Assembly: GCA_052426225.1 (NCBI GenBank)
Contig: JBNJNM010000011.1
Location: forward strand, 1,364,001-1,428,000
Length of the DNA stretch: 64,000 nt
Direction: 5' to 3'
Source of the DNA: Zancudomyces culisetae HAW-14-8
Taxonomy: Eukaryota; Fungi; Kickxellomycota
The notes under the pieces are model-generated. The model was given only the letters and a program-made list of their open reading frames with translations. It did no database searches and had not been told where the DNA came from. Shown piece after piece: positions 26,661 through 40,400 of this stretch. The translations under genes and the position numbers were made by a program. Position 1 is the first letter of the stretch; every line of letters starts with the position of its first letter.

Positions 26661-28048
26661 ATGATAGCAAGAAAAATATTCGTTGTAGGAGGTACTGGTT
26701 ATATAGGTAAGTGCTATGAGTATATTTTCTTCCACAAACTTGCTTTTAAATCACCAAAATAAACTATGAATATATACTGTGGTGGGATCAAGGATCAAAC
26801 TAAGGTCATTGAGTTCGGCGTATTCCTGCTTGAGCATTAATTTTTTTGTTTTTTATTTATACACGTTTTCTAAATAGGAAAGGAAATATGCAAAACGGCG
26901 CTTTTACGTGGACATGAGGTTGTGGGAATAAGGTGATTAAATGCTCTTATTTTTAAAGTTATATCGGCAATATTTGTTTTTGGACTCGCAGCGAATTCTT
27001 TTTTCATATGATAGTCGACACGGAAAGGATGATCCAGAGCTCAATGAATTGGGAAAGGTAAAGATCCAAATTTATCTGTATCTACTTAACTTTGGTTTGA
27101 GAGTAGTGGGGAGTGGGTGTGTTATATTTAGTGCTGAAAGAAGGCAGAAATTCTGGTTTGCTAATAGTTATAGCTTTACAATGTGTGTTTCAGAATTAAC
27201 TATGTGCTCTTGATTATTCAAACCACCATAGATCAAATTCTTAAAGGCAAATGCAATCGACAAAGAATCATACATAGAGGAACTTAAGAGTTGTGATTCT
27301 GTTGTACATGCGGTTGGAGTTTTGATGGAAAACGACTACAAAAAATACGTGGGTCTAAACCTGAAAACCGCATCTGAACAGCTCAAAAGTGCAGGAAATG
27401 AGAACGCTGGGAATGCACCTTCGCCAATTCCACAATCATACGAAATGGCTAACAAAGATACAGGTGCTTCATTTTATCTAAATATACACCTTCCGTATAA
27501 ATTCGCTGGCCTTTAACTTTTTTATCTGGAAAATAACCCTTAATGCTATAATTGCGTTCAAAATTAATATTAAATAGCGATTTCTGTCGCTGAGGCCGCA
27601 GAACAGTGTGGTGTAGACACATTTGTTTACATTTCAGCTGCTTTTTGCCCTCCATTCATTGATCAGCGCTATCTGTCTACAAAGAGAGAAACAGAAGATA
27701 CGCTAAAGACAAAGAATCTTCGCTCTATATTTCTTAGACCAGGTATGTGTACCCTCCCAAAGGATTTGTGGAACCTTGACGTGATGATAGACTAATCTAA
27801 ATGTTTTACTTTTAGGGATAGTATATTCGCAAACAAGACCAGTATCGATTCCAGTAGCAGCAGGGCAGTGTGCATTTAATATGCTTTCTCGTTTTACGCC
27901 GTTTGGAAGGCTGACTAAGAACACTTTTCTAGCAGACTACGCGGTACCTCCTGTCTCAGTGACACAGGTTGCCAAGGCCGCCATTGACGCTATTGAGCAT
28001 AAGAGCATAGATGGGGTTTTGGACTCTGACTATATTTCTAACTTTTAG
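26661..28048 (+). CDS. Atypical SDR / NAD(P)-binding protein, Coq11 (YLR290C)/NDUFA9-like
   Basis: Six exons: MIARKIFVVGGTGYIGKEICKTALLRGHEVVGISR..VVHAVGVLMENDYK..YEMANKDTA..FVYISAA..RYLSTKRETE..FLRPGIVYS..PPVSVTQVA. Confidence 0.8.
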
Positions 28049-28444
28049 CATAACTGTCTTTTTTATTGTGGTAATTTTTCTCATACATCAACAGAGCTCA
28101 GACCTCAGGAAGATTTCTAGCTTAGTAGAAGGAACAAGAACGCACGTTCTCATTCTTTCTACTGCTACGCCTAGAGTTTCCATGTTTGTTGAATTTTATC
28201 ACATTATATATTTATTTTAGTAGGCCCACGCCTGGTTAATTCTAAAGAAAAAAGTGACCATTAATGAGGTAACAGAGTAAAAGGGAGTTTTTACGGTACC
28301 ATCTCACTTTGTATCTTCCTGATACCAATACAAGGGGGTAAGAGGCTCGTTAAGCAAACCATCAAACCCTTTTTCCCATCTCCTTTATACCCTGGAAAAA
28401 AAATAATGTATGGTAAAAGTGTGTAACAAAAACCATCGTTTGCT

Positions 28445-29129
28445 TTAGAAGCGCGATCCTCCACGTAAGGCAAGAATAAGATGTAGCACAGATCCTCCCT
28501 TAATTCCAAAATCTGATGCACGCTTTTCATCAACCCTAAATTTATGACCATATTTATATCACTACTATTATGATAATGGTTACTCTGTTTGCCAGTACTT
28601 TTGGAAATCATTTCATTTGAAGTTACTGCTTGTATTAATTTTTTCATTTTCTAAAACTATCACTTACGTTTGTTTTCCACCAAAGATCAATCTTTGCTGG
28701 GACGGAGGAATACCCTCCTTTTCCTCGACTCTTTCCTTGATTCTTGATATCTATACACATAAAGTATATTATAAGGATTTTGTGTTTTTGTACATACTTT
28801 TTGTAGTAGTACGAATATGGTGTTCAATTTTTTTCTATTTGAAATCATCATTCTATTCACATTACAAACTTAAGTATACCTTGTCATCAGGCTCAATGTC
28901 TATTTCAATCTATTATAGTTTTAAGCCAGAGTACAAGATCAGTATATAAAAAAGATCCTAAATATCAAATTTTCATCCTGATTATACCAGGCTTTGGCCG
29001 CTCAAGGAATTTGTTTTACCTCCTTTCCGGTTAATGTCTATACAGTACAGTCAAAATATGATTAATTTTTCTAAAAGCAAATCTCTATGCAGTATAAATT
29101 TTCATACTAACCTTCACTTTAATTAACAT
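28445..29129 (-). CDS. RUB1: NEDD8/Rub1 ubiquitin-like protein precursor (79 aa)
   Basis: Five exons (29129-29112, 29037-29020, 28909-28880, 28750-28668, 28535-28445; 240 nt in total) give [79 protein letters not shown]. Ala72 and the LALRGG end distinguish it from ubiquitin. Confidence 0.97.
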
Positions 29130-29495
29130 TCTTTTAATCTTTGTCTGGTTTTGCTCCTCAATGTAGCTTGATGAATTAAGCTGAATAATTTTTATGGAAA
29201 ACAACCGCCTTAAATAGAAAAATTGATTTGGATTCTTTGTTTTTTTTTAACCACTCATTCTATCTTGCAAGCATTTGAATTTGACCTATGTTAATCGGTC
29301 CACTAGCTGGCTGTTTTCCTCTTACGCAGCAAAATAACAGCACAAGAGTCTTTTTCTAAATTAGGTAATAAACCCACACCCAGCCTATCTCTAATTAAAA
29401 ACGGTGCATTGGCAGATAATTCCGTGATAAAAAAAGCTGAATTTGTAAGAGGCACACAACAAACCAGGGCTCAATACCTTTTAGAATTTAACATA

Positions 29496-30631
29496 ATGAA
29501 AAGGCTTGTTTTCGAGGAAAAGATCTTGCAGCTGCTAAGAAATTCATTAAAAGTATCCTGCAAATCTTATTCTTGGAGCCCGGCGGCACTCAAATACAAA
29601 AACACCAAAATCTATGAAGGAAATGGACAGGAAAAAGCTACAAACCTAATATTTGCCCATGCCAATGGGTTCCACAAGGAGTTGTGGGAGCCAGTAATAT
29701 CTAGGGTTTTAGAATACAGCCCAGATACAGCCGTTGGAGAGATAATTGCGTTTGATTCCATCCAGCACGGCGACAGCGCTATTTTGAACAGAGAATTGCT
29801 AAGCTTAGCTATGAATGACGGTTATGAATGGTCTGAAAATTCTCACGATATACTGAATCTGCTGAATCTTTTAGAGCTCTACAAACGCCCTACTATTGGA
29901 GTTGGACATTCCTTTGGAGCAGTTAGCATGTAACTAATCCTTCTTTTATCACATTTTTTTCTCCCATGTTGCAGCGATCCGGGTATTTATATACTAGTGG
30001 TTATTTTACCCTTGGAAATATGTAGACGTCAATATGTAACTTGTACATGGGGCTGCGATGCACCCGCTAAAATAGGATGATAAGTGAAATACTACATCCC
30101 GGAACGTTTAAAGCGATAATTGCCGTTGATCCAGCGATCACACTTCCAGAACAACCACTCCCTGATAATCATCCCCTATATGCACAAACTCTAAGGCGAA
30201 AAAACGGCTGGAAAAACAAAGAGGATTTTAAAAAGTACTTTACCTCCAAAATACCCTATGCTGGATGGTCTTATGATCATGTGGAGCTATACAAGGAATA
30301 TGGGTTGTTTAATGTTAACAGTGCTCTCGAAAACATTGACCATGAGAATGCGCTTTTCAAACTCAAATGTGACCCGGTTCATGAACATGCAGTGTATCGT
30401 GGAACCAATAGTGCCTCCAAGATGTTGTTTTCCTATAGGGCTGAGATCAAATGTCCGGTATATGTTTTATATGGGGAACATTCATATCTCATGTCAAAAA
30501 AGAAAACTGAAATCTTTTTAAGCGGCATCAAAAACGGCATTTCTATACAGATCAAGAATACTGGCCATTTACTGACAATGCAAGATCCTGAATCCTTAGC
30601 GGAGAATATTTCAAAAATTATCCAAATCTAG
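29496..30631 (+). CDS. Alpha/beta hydrolase (Abhydrolase_6, Lpx1-like)
   Basis: IFAHANGFHKELWEP, HGDSA, nucleophile elbow GHSFG and C-terminal GHLL; one intron at about 29930-30076. Confidence 0.88.
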
Positions 30632-30985
30632 CACTATTTTTTTTTTGCTTTTGGTTCTAGCAACAGTTTTTGGTTCAATTATTCGTCTTGAGTCACACTT
30701 TTAGTTACTCTTCGGTCAGAACACGACTAGAAATGATATAACGATCACCCAAGAAGTCACTACTTTACCTGTTTATTTTGTGAGATGCCTTCGCTTTGAT
30801 TTCAAAATCACACAATATAACATCACTTTGGAAACTATCAATCTTTTGGTTTGGGACTAATGCTTGGGAATCGCACTGCAAAGTGTTTTGACTGCTCACA
30901 GCCCGTTTTTTTGCATATTTTAAAAGCGCAAAAGAGGAAAGCTAAGTGTATTTTGTTTATTCAATTCAAGGTACATCTAGCACTT

Positions 30986-32005
30986 TTATAATGCAAATGC
31001 TTGTGTCCAATAGTTATTAACTCTGGAAAAACCAACTCTACTGAAATTGCCTAACATGTTGGCTAAATGTCCAGGTGATCTAGACCACGCCCTAAAGGCA
31101 TCGTAGGGGCTTTGCATTCCTTCTGCAACATTTTCACCCATACTTCTTCCATTAACACCTGCAGCCTTATATCTTTCCTCCAAGTTTGAGTAGTTTTTGT
31201 TGTCATGTGTCATTTTTCCAATGTTATTTTGATACGACGATTGTTGCTCTGCAGCATTCATCAAGCTAGAATCTAAAGAAACCGGTCTAAGCCCTCTACT
31301 TGCTCTTAAGTTGTTCACCAAGCTCAACATTGTCAGGCTATCCCTATCATAGCCACCCGAACCTCCAAAATCACTGCCATACATACCAGTGCTTACTTTG
31401 TTGTAGTCTCCAATGCCGTTCATCATCATGTCCCCAGGAATAATATACACTGTTGGGTTACCCCCAGAATACTTCCCCTGCTTTCCGCGTTTACCACCGA
31501 TACGAGACATTACCTTGTTTTTTCTGCGGTCATTATAGTTTATGTTTTCACCAACAACATATCGATAGACAACCCTACCCTTTGTTCTGTCTAAGGAATT
31601 ACCGGCATTATCTCGCTTCTCTATAGAATTGAGAACTTTTATCAGCTTTTCTTTTTTCTGCTTACAGATACAATGTATTTATAACATATATAGCATGTAA
31701 GTAACTAAATTAAGCAACTTACTTTTATTCTGGAAGCCGCTAGCATAAACCTTTTCTCCAATGTTCTCTGAAAACACATTCACATGACCAGCATATTTAG
31801 CGTTTTGTTGGTAATCCTGTGTGCCATAGCCATTATTCACCAGATATTGTGTTTTTTCACTACCAACACCATAATTAGTATTTGTACCACCCGGGACAAA
31901 GCTTCTTTTATTATGAAATGCTACACCATTGCCAATACCATGAATATGCATTCCATTGACTAGCAACGTCACGAAAAAAACACTTCCCAATATTTTTCTA
32001 ATCAT
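30986..32005 (-). CDS. Secreted CAP/SCP-domain protein (about 305 aa)
   Basis: Signal peptide MIRKILGSVFFVTLLVNG; inferred intron 31722-31621; C-terminal LVNNLRASRGL..AAEQQS..MTHD..GENVAEG..WSRSPGHLANML..YWTQAF. Confidence 0.88.
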
Positions 32006-33859
32006 TATCTCTACTTTATATCTGTGTTATGCAAAATTGATTCGGTTATTGTCGTTATTGTTGTGAGTTATACACTTGTATATATATCAATATAGCTATG
32101 TTCACAGACCATATATAAATCTGTTTCTGTTTATTACGTGTATACAGATATTTGTATTATTGTTTTTTGTACAAACACCTGGATTCGATTGATAGCCAAT
32201 CTGACCTTGTTTAATTTCTTTACCAAGTGAAGCTAAGCTATATTCACTGATTTTTCTTTTTTTATGTTTGTTCTTGTTTTTTCCGCTTTGCAACGTTAGA
32301 GCTGCTATAATACTTGTCTTTTGACTTTATAAAAATTTAGGGATTGTATCCTATTAGAGTGTACAAGAGTAAATGCATAAAGATGATTTATTTTTTAAGC
32401 AACACACCTGCACTCGTATGTACATATATATATATATGTGTGCTTATAACTTCGCCAAAAAATGGGACACAGCTATATAACGATATAAAAAATGTAAACT
32501 ATTTTATAAGTACAACGACGACATGGGTGATATGTGTATTTATTTTTTTATTTCTACCCATGGTTTAGTTTGTTTCTTCATAAAGACTTCATACTTCCAC
32601 TAGAGATAAACGCGCCTTCAATATGTTTTTGTGTGCCTCGTATATAAAGTTTATGGCTCTGTGATCATACAGAACACCACCAAATTCCGATAATGAGAGC
32701 AATAAAAATAACAACAACAATAAAAATAGGGATAAGGATAATGGTTCTTGTATAATGACGTATTTAGTTAAATCGCTTGTTGAATTGTTTAGAATGTACA
32801 TTATTTCAACACAATCAAAGCTTTACTCCATATCTTATGGTATAGTTTTTCATAGTATCTATTATTTAGGTCAGCCTTTAACCTGCGTAGATAAACTCAT
32901 ACTTTTTTTTCAATTAAAACCCTTTTTGTAAAACGTTGTTCTTTTTTAAATAAAGATTAACAATGAGCCCAGGCTTTGTCTACGCCAAACTGAAAAAAAA
33001 AAGCCACAAGTATGTCCTCTCATTTTACTCTTTTCTAGAAAATTCAAATAAATCACCGCCTCTAGTTCCACTATTTTAGGTTGACATAAAACCTGAACTT
33101 CAAAAGCAAGTATATAATCGGAATTTATTTGTGTTTACATAATGCTCATATATTAACCCGATGTATTTTTTTAATTTTTTTTCACATCAAATTGTCTAAT
33201 CTTGGATTTACACTTGGATAATGGCTTTTTTAAGGTGCAAAGTAAACAATACTTTGCTTTAACAACTTTTAAATAATACCCAAATTTTGGATGTATATTT
33301 CATTAACAAAAACAAGAATCAAGCTAAAAAGTGTATCAATAGTAGCACCAAAACGCCACAGTTCTTACATCTTTTCTTCATACACACAAATTATAAGATT
33401 TTGCGGACCAAAAACGACCTTTTCAAATACTTTCCTGTAAACTAGCTGAAAAAAAAATCAAACATAATATATAATATGCCCAATTAAAAAAGCTACCACC
33501 TATTCGTCTTTGTGAAGTACTAAGCGTGATACATATTCCACAAACTCGCACATCGTCGCAAATTGATAATTATTAAGGGTTTTTAAAAGTTTGATATCTT
33601 TTTTCCTAAGTATCACACGAACACGTCTGTGGCTTTCACCCTTACTTTATTATATCTAGAAAGTTTTTTAAAAAAAATTCGTTTAGAGAACTGCTATAAG
33701 CAGGACAAAAAAAATACGTAAAAAAGAAAAAGCAGCAGCCAGTTCTTGCCGTTTTATTGTAGCAGTGTCACGGTCTATCGTTGACATGTATGCATATCTA
33801 CACTGCCAATGCTTTGAGGCATTGGGTAAGGCCAAAAAAAAGTTTAACACAGACCCGTT

Positions 33860-35095
33860 TTATTGCTCATTTTCAAATATTGCACACATTCCCATACCGG
33901 TTCCAATACACATGGTTACAGCACCGATTTTCTTGCTCTGCCGCTTCAGTTCGGAAAGCAATGTTACCAGCTGGCGTGCCCCAGTGCAACCCATTGGATG
34001 CCCCAGTGCCATTGCACCACCCCTTGGATTTATTTTGTTGAAATCCAATCCAAGAACATCAATGGTATGTGAGAACTGGGAAGCAAATGCTTCGTTCACT
34101 TCAAAAATATCCACATCATCGATTGATATTCCTGCCCTTTTTACTGCAAGCGGTATAGCATGAACTAAGCCGATTAGTGTGTGACGGGGATTAATTCCAC
34201 AGCAGGCACTTGTTATGTATTTCCCTAGAATCGGAAGACCAAGCTCTAAGGCCTTACTGCGCCTCATCAGCAAAACAGCAGCTGCGCCATCGGTAAGCTG
34301 TGATGAGTTCCCAGCCGTGGTACTGCCACCCTTCTTGAATGGCGATTTCAGTTTAGCTAAACTTTCTAGGGTAGTACCTGGTCTTATTCCATCATCATCT
34401 GAGATCACTACATCTTGCATTACACCATCTTTATTCTTGATCTTTGTTTTTACTGGAAGTATCTCGTCTTTAAACCACCCAGCAACTTGTGCCCTGTGTG
34501 CCTTATTGTGCGAATGAACTGCGTGTTTATCCTGCTTTTCTCTAGAGACATTAAAGTCACCTGCAATTATTTCAGAAAGAACGCCAGTGGGAAGGGTGGC
34601 ATCTTTAGAATATTGCTCTTGATATATCTCTTCGTCAAACTCTGATGGCAAAAGTGGAAACCTCGCATTGCCATAATGCTCAGACATGCTCTCAAAGCCC
34701 GCAGCGATACCAATACTAATCGTTTCGTCCCTTATTGCTGATGATATTTGAACAATAGCCTGCAAACCGCTGGAACATTGCCTATTTATTGCCATTGAGC
34801 CAACAGAAACAGGAAACCCTGCATCCAAAACAGCCATTCTAACAAGGGATGCGCCTCCATTTGGAGCACAAACAGTTCCTGTCGCAACATCCTCTACAAG
34901 GCCTTTCTCTAAACCAACTTTTTCGACTACGCCCTTCAAAACAGATGCCAAGAGGTGGATTGCCTTGGTGTCTTTAAATCCACCACGCTTAGCTTTGGTC
35001 AGCGGTGTACGCAAGGCACTTACTATTACTACATCTTCAGGGCTTTTTACACCTATTCTACTTTCAATATCTGTATTTCCAGCATGGTCAGTCAT
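33860..35095 (-). CDS. 3-ketoacyl-CoA thiolase (Pot1/ACAA1-type)
   Basis: NRQCSSGLQ, NEAFASQ, GHPMGCTG and MCIGTGMG catalytic motifs; intronless. Confidence 0.95.
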   Translation of the reverse strand: MTDHAGNTDIESRIGVKSPEDVVIVSALRTPLTKAKRGGFKDTKAIHLLASVLKGVVEKVGLEKGLVEDVATGTVCAPNGGASLVRMAVLDAGFPVSVGSMAINRQCSSGLQAIVQISSAIRDETISIGIAAGFESMSEHYGNARFPLLPSEFDEEIYQEQYSKDATLPTGVLSEIIAGDFNVSREKQDKHAVHSHNKAHRAQVAGWFKDEILPVKTKIKNKDGVMQDVVISDDDGIRPGTTLESLAKLKSPFKKGGSTTAGNSSQLTDGAAAVLLMRRSKALELGLPILGKYITSACCGINPRHTLIGLVHAIPLAVKRAGISIDDVDIFEVNEAFASQFSHTIDVLGLDFNKINPRGGAMALGHPMGCTGARQLVTLLSELKRQSKKIGAVTMCIGTGMGMCAIFENEQ

Positions 35096-37457
35096 TTTTG
35101 TTTGTTTTTTCTTTTTGTTGTAAAATATTGCAATTATTATTGTTGTGAGGGAGTAGGAAGGAGAGAATGAAAGGGGAGACTGTGATGTAGAAATATAAAT
35201 TGAAGCTGAAAATGAAATTCAAAATCAAATGGAACTACATATATTTGACCATAATTCACAAGGACGATGAATGTGTGATTGTAGATAAAATGTGTGTAAA
35301 ACAAGCTTCAGGTATTTTTGGAGTGCCAAAGGAAGAGGTGCACAAAAAAGAAAATCGAACAAGCGATTTATTCAGTATCATAACCAAGACTCCTTTTTTT
35401 TTTCCTTCAATCTCCTCACTTTATCCAATAGACACAACAACATACCCAATGCTACTTTTTCAGGCTCCAAACACATTTAATCCTGAGGTCTTTTTAAAGG
35501 GGCTATTATCTTTTGGTCAGTTATATGTAATCCCGTGTAAACACATATGCTACTTGGTTCATCGATGGCTTTCCTGTGCTCCCAGTTCATGCGAACCTTC
35601 AAACCGCTATGAAAAATACCTGTGTTGATGCTTGGAATGTAAGCTGCTCAAATCCTGGAAGACTTTGACTTTTTTTAGTAGCGAAATAAATTACCTTCTT
35701 GTTCACATGCGCAAAAATAATTGAGCAATATTTTGTTTTACTTTGTTTCAGGTTAAATTTCCATGAATCCAATATTTCAAAAACTAGTTTAAAAAACTAC
35801 AGCTGATCAAGCAGAATAAGGTCTTTTTTTTTCCAGAGTGTATTTATACCCTAAATTGCCCATACAGGCTAGGTTACCCCAGTTTTATTAGCGTTTTTCT
35901 TTACAGATATTCAGCACATTTAACCCCAATATTGCCTTTCTATAATCAATCATGTGAGAAAGCATTAGATATGTAGCTACTAAGAGTAAATAAATAATAC
36001 ACCGCACATTTCGCATCAGTACACAATGGATAAATAAAAACCGAGTTATTTCGCCCGAGTTTTTTTTCTTTATACAGAATGTATTGTGTTAACCGCATTG
36101 GCAAAGATTCGGGACGCACAAAACAAAAACGCTGTAGATATATCTACCACGATACTGGATACATAGCCAATGTCTCTATAATCGGTAGGCATCACTGACT
36201 GTATCCTTTATTTTCTACACCCAGAGTTACTAAAAAATGATGTGAATAAAATGATAAATAATTATCTTTTTCCAAAAAAAAGGGAAAGGTATTGTACGAT
36301 AGTACTGTTAGTATGAGTTTTAGATTGTATTCTTAATGCGATTTCATGGGCTCTGCAAAAAAAAAAGTATAATGAGTATTTGGTATATTTCTTTTTTCAG
36401 TGTTCCTAGTGGGTTTATTATATCCGTGGTTATGAACTCGGGCACGGTTTATGAATTTAGAGCTTTCTTTTGATATTTAGGGCACCAATCCTACAATTCA
36501 TCTCTTTTCGTGTATATAAACAGTACAATGACCATTTTCGTCTAGCTGAGAGGTATTTCTTAGCGAATAATGAATCTGGTATTCAGAAGATTAACGATCT
36601 TCAGTTCAACCTTCAAATAAATGCGGAGTATTCAATTCTGGACATTTCTCAATACTTGAACAAGACCTGAATATTAAAATATAGAAAATCTAGAACTGGG
36701 TAGTATTAGCCAGTGTGTTAACGCGATATAATACAAATCTTGCCCAATTCCCTCGCATACTCCACATTCAAATGTGTATGCACGTTATGCGCACTTTAAT
36801 TTGTGACTATCACTCAATACTCTTCCTGTTATAGCTCTTTATTCTTTTTTTTGTAAAATGTGAAAACTCTTTTCCTTGGAAAAAGGTTCAAAGGCAATTT
36901 TCGCTTTAATAAGGATTAGATACGAACAAAGTATAAGACAGCATTTTATATATACAAAATTATTTACCAGCTATTCCTTTATCTTGAGATTAAATAAAAA
37001 CTCATCAACGGAATTCAACTCTAAGGTAAGAAAGACATTATACTAATGAAATCTCGTGATATAGCTACATTTAACCGAATATGGTCTTTGGTTTATATTC
37101 TCACAGACCAAACACCCGTCACATTACAGTTGTTATTTGAGCTAGGTATAAAGCAGACAGCTAAATCAATACTTTGTAAACTACAACGATTTCCAAGGTG
37201 TCGTATATTCTTATTTAGTGCTCTTGATGAAAATTCAAGTTGTTACAGAACGAAAATAGTAATACTAATAAAAACTATAGATATTCAAAAAACGGACTAA
37301 TAACGGAGTATTACAGTAATGGTGCTCTTTAAGCACTGAGTAAGGTAGTTGTTTATTAGAGTAGACTATTTACTAATCTCAGAAATATATTTTATCCTTA
37401 AGGTGAATGGCAGATAGCACTAATAATAATATCAATAGATAAAAGCGAGGGGTACAA

Positions 37458-40400
37458 ATGGAGCTCAAAAAAATTCAAGATTCTGGTGTACCAGGAACAA
37501 CACCCTATTTGGCAAATAATTTTAAAAACTTAGAGGCCACGTTATGGCTATCATTATTCCTGGGAGGTAGTGGGTTGCTTTTATTCTGTTATTTGCGAAA
37601 TAAATGGCCAAACCTATACTCTCCTAGAAGTAGGCTAAAAAGGTAAGAAACGGTTCTTAGTGAAAGTTCACAAAATTTTGACCAAACGGACTTTTGATCA
37701 ATTAATGTAAACTAAATGAAACTGTTGGTGCATTTTAACAACACATTAGAGGAGCGCCGAAAAAAATAGGGGATTCATTCTGGGGCTGGATCCCAACTAT
37801 TTATAACACCACTGAATCAGAAATACTTTATAGCGTTGGCCTGGATGCTGTAGTGGTAATTAACCATACTTAGTATTATGTAAACATATATTTCCGACAA
37901 ATAAACCACAATCCCGAAATATATTGATTCTGGTGCATGATTTTAAAAAATAATCTGCATTCTAAATTGTAGTACATGCGATTTTTCAAGCTGATGATAC
38001 GGCTGTTTTGTATTATTTCGGTTCTTGCAATGCTTGTGATATTACCCATCGAAGCAGTATATCTTTATAGGAGCGAAAGTAAAAGCGAGAAAGAATCACA
38101 ACGATCTTTGCAATACTTTTCAAGTTCAATTCCTGAAGGACTAAACAAAGAACGCTCGTTCGTAGTTGTTTTACTGCGCGCGACTTTGGGATCAAACAAT
38201 GTTTTGATAGCACACTTTATATTTGGGTATGTAGTCACCCTACTGGTCTACTATCTACTTAGTAGATTTTCATACGAAGTGCTAACGCTGAGATGGCACT
38301 ATCTGACGAAACTTCGAAATTCAATCCCAGTAAGAACAGTAATGGTAACTGAAATACCAAAACATGTTAGAGATGCAAATGGACTTGTAAATTATTTTGA
38401 GTCAATAGGCATTGGAAAGGTGGAATGTGCTCATATAGTGCCAAAGCTAGCGAATTTAAACGAGCTAATAGAACTAAGAACAAAAATACTATTACAGATT
38501 GAAAGAAGGTATGCAAAACTGCTTGGAAACCCGTGTAACTCACCTGGCTATAATCCACAAGAACTAAAGGCGTGTTTTAGAGCTGAGACTCAAGAAGCTC
38601 GGGATCTTGAGCTGGAATATCTGTGTAGTTGGGCAAAGTATAGCGGAAAGAATAAAAAAGAAAGGGTTTTAAGGTGGCTTGTTAAAACCAACGAGTTAAG
38701 AGTGCTATTCTGGAGACTAGATAAGATGATCTATGAAGAGCGGTATGAAATTATTTATAATAGAAGGCATTCCAACTCCAATGTTGGCTTTGTAACGTTT
38801 CAAAGCGCATCATCAGCGGTAATTATTTTTTTCCATTATATATATATATATATATTATATCTTATGCACTTTTGTTTTTGTGAATCTATGAGCAGATAAT
38901 ACAAAAAAGAATGCATGTTTTTATTTTCTTGAAAAAAAAGGGTCTGAAAAGCATTTTTGAAAAAACAATAGCAAGCGGCAGCACAGCTCTGTATTTATTC
39001 AAAGCCTACACAGATGCACATAAAGCTAGCCTCAGAACCGCGAGATATATACTGGCCAAATATAACACGTCCGCTAGCAAAACGCGCTACCTTGTCTGCA
39101 ATTGTCACAGTCATAATTGTATTTATGCTTCTATTTTGGCTCGTCCCTGTCACCATATTATCATCTCTGGTGAGTCCTGAGTTTATAAATGGGTTTTATC
39201 CTGGATTTGTTGAATTTGTGAAAAAAAACTCAGTTCTCGAGACGTTTTTAAGATATACGATCCCATCATTTATACTTTACGGCTTTAACAATTTGGCCCC
39301 GTACTTATTAGAGTGTAAGTTCTTGATATTTTTTTTAAATATATATTTGCGATTAAAGCTGTGCTTATACAATCAGTTTTTTGTGCTATAATATAGGGTT
39401 AAATGACATATCTGGAATACAAACAAAATCAAGGCGTCAAATGCAAACACTAACCCAATACTATGTATTTTTACTTGTGACAGTGTTGCTAATATTTACA
39501 ATTTCCACCACTATATTCAGCAAAATTCTCGAGTGGGTTGAAAATCCAGCTAAAATACCCAAATCTCTTGCAGATACCCTGCCTAAGGTAAATATAATTC
39601 CAATCCATCCGTGCAACTGACAGTCTACACGAATACGTAGTTTTGCTTTTTAATGATTTAAAAAATACCGAACTAAAACCGATTTTTACAAATAGGCTGG
39701 CCCATTTTTTATGAGCTATATAATCCTTATGGGAATTGGATATGCCCCGTTAAAATTACTGCGGTTGGGTGATATAATATATACCCTAGTACAAAGGCTA
39801 TTTTCCACGAGTCCTAGAGATTTTGCTCAAACATACGGACCAAGTTATACATGTTGGTACCTAATGTATCCGCACAGAATGATTATCTTTGCAATAGCAA
39901 TAACCTATTCATCGATTTCACCCTTGGTTTCGCCAATAACTGTATTATATTTTCTAATAGATTACATAGTGAGTAAATACTTGATATTATATGGTAAGTT
40001 ACTTTGTCCACTTTTTTTCAATGACTGAGTTTTTACCAGTATATACATTTCCAGATATATTGAGTAAAAAACAAAAAACATGAACCCCAAAGAAAAACAC
40101 GTATAAGGCTTGGATTAATAGTTTGATTTCTTTTAAATAGTTTATTCGCCACCATTTGAGACTGCCGCTCTGCATATTCAAAAAATTATGAAGCACTTGG
40201 TTTCAGGGATGTTGATATACATATTGCTTATGCTAGGAATATATGCACTTAGAAATAGAATAATTCTATTTCTACTTCAAATACCTCTAGTGGTAATTAA
40301 TGTGTACCTAACAACCAACACATCTGCTGTATTTTACAACGAAGGCGCATTTATTCCAATAGAAATGCTTGTTGGTTCATTGTCAAAAAGTGCAGAAGGT

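Noticed and set aside
28291-28949. ORFs 28291..28647(-) and 28617..28949(+)
   Set aside because: They overlap the NEDD8 exons in the wrong frame or strand and carry no protein motifs.
35200-37300. Short ORFs between the thiolase and OSCA genes
   Set aside because: No recognisable motifs or consistent splice structure; likely a divergent promoter/UTR region.
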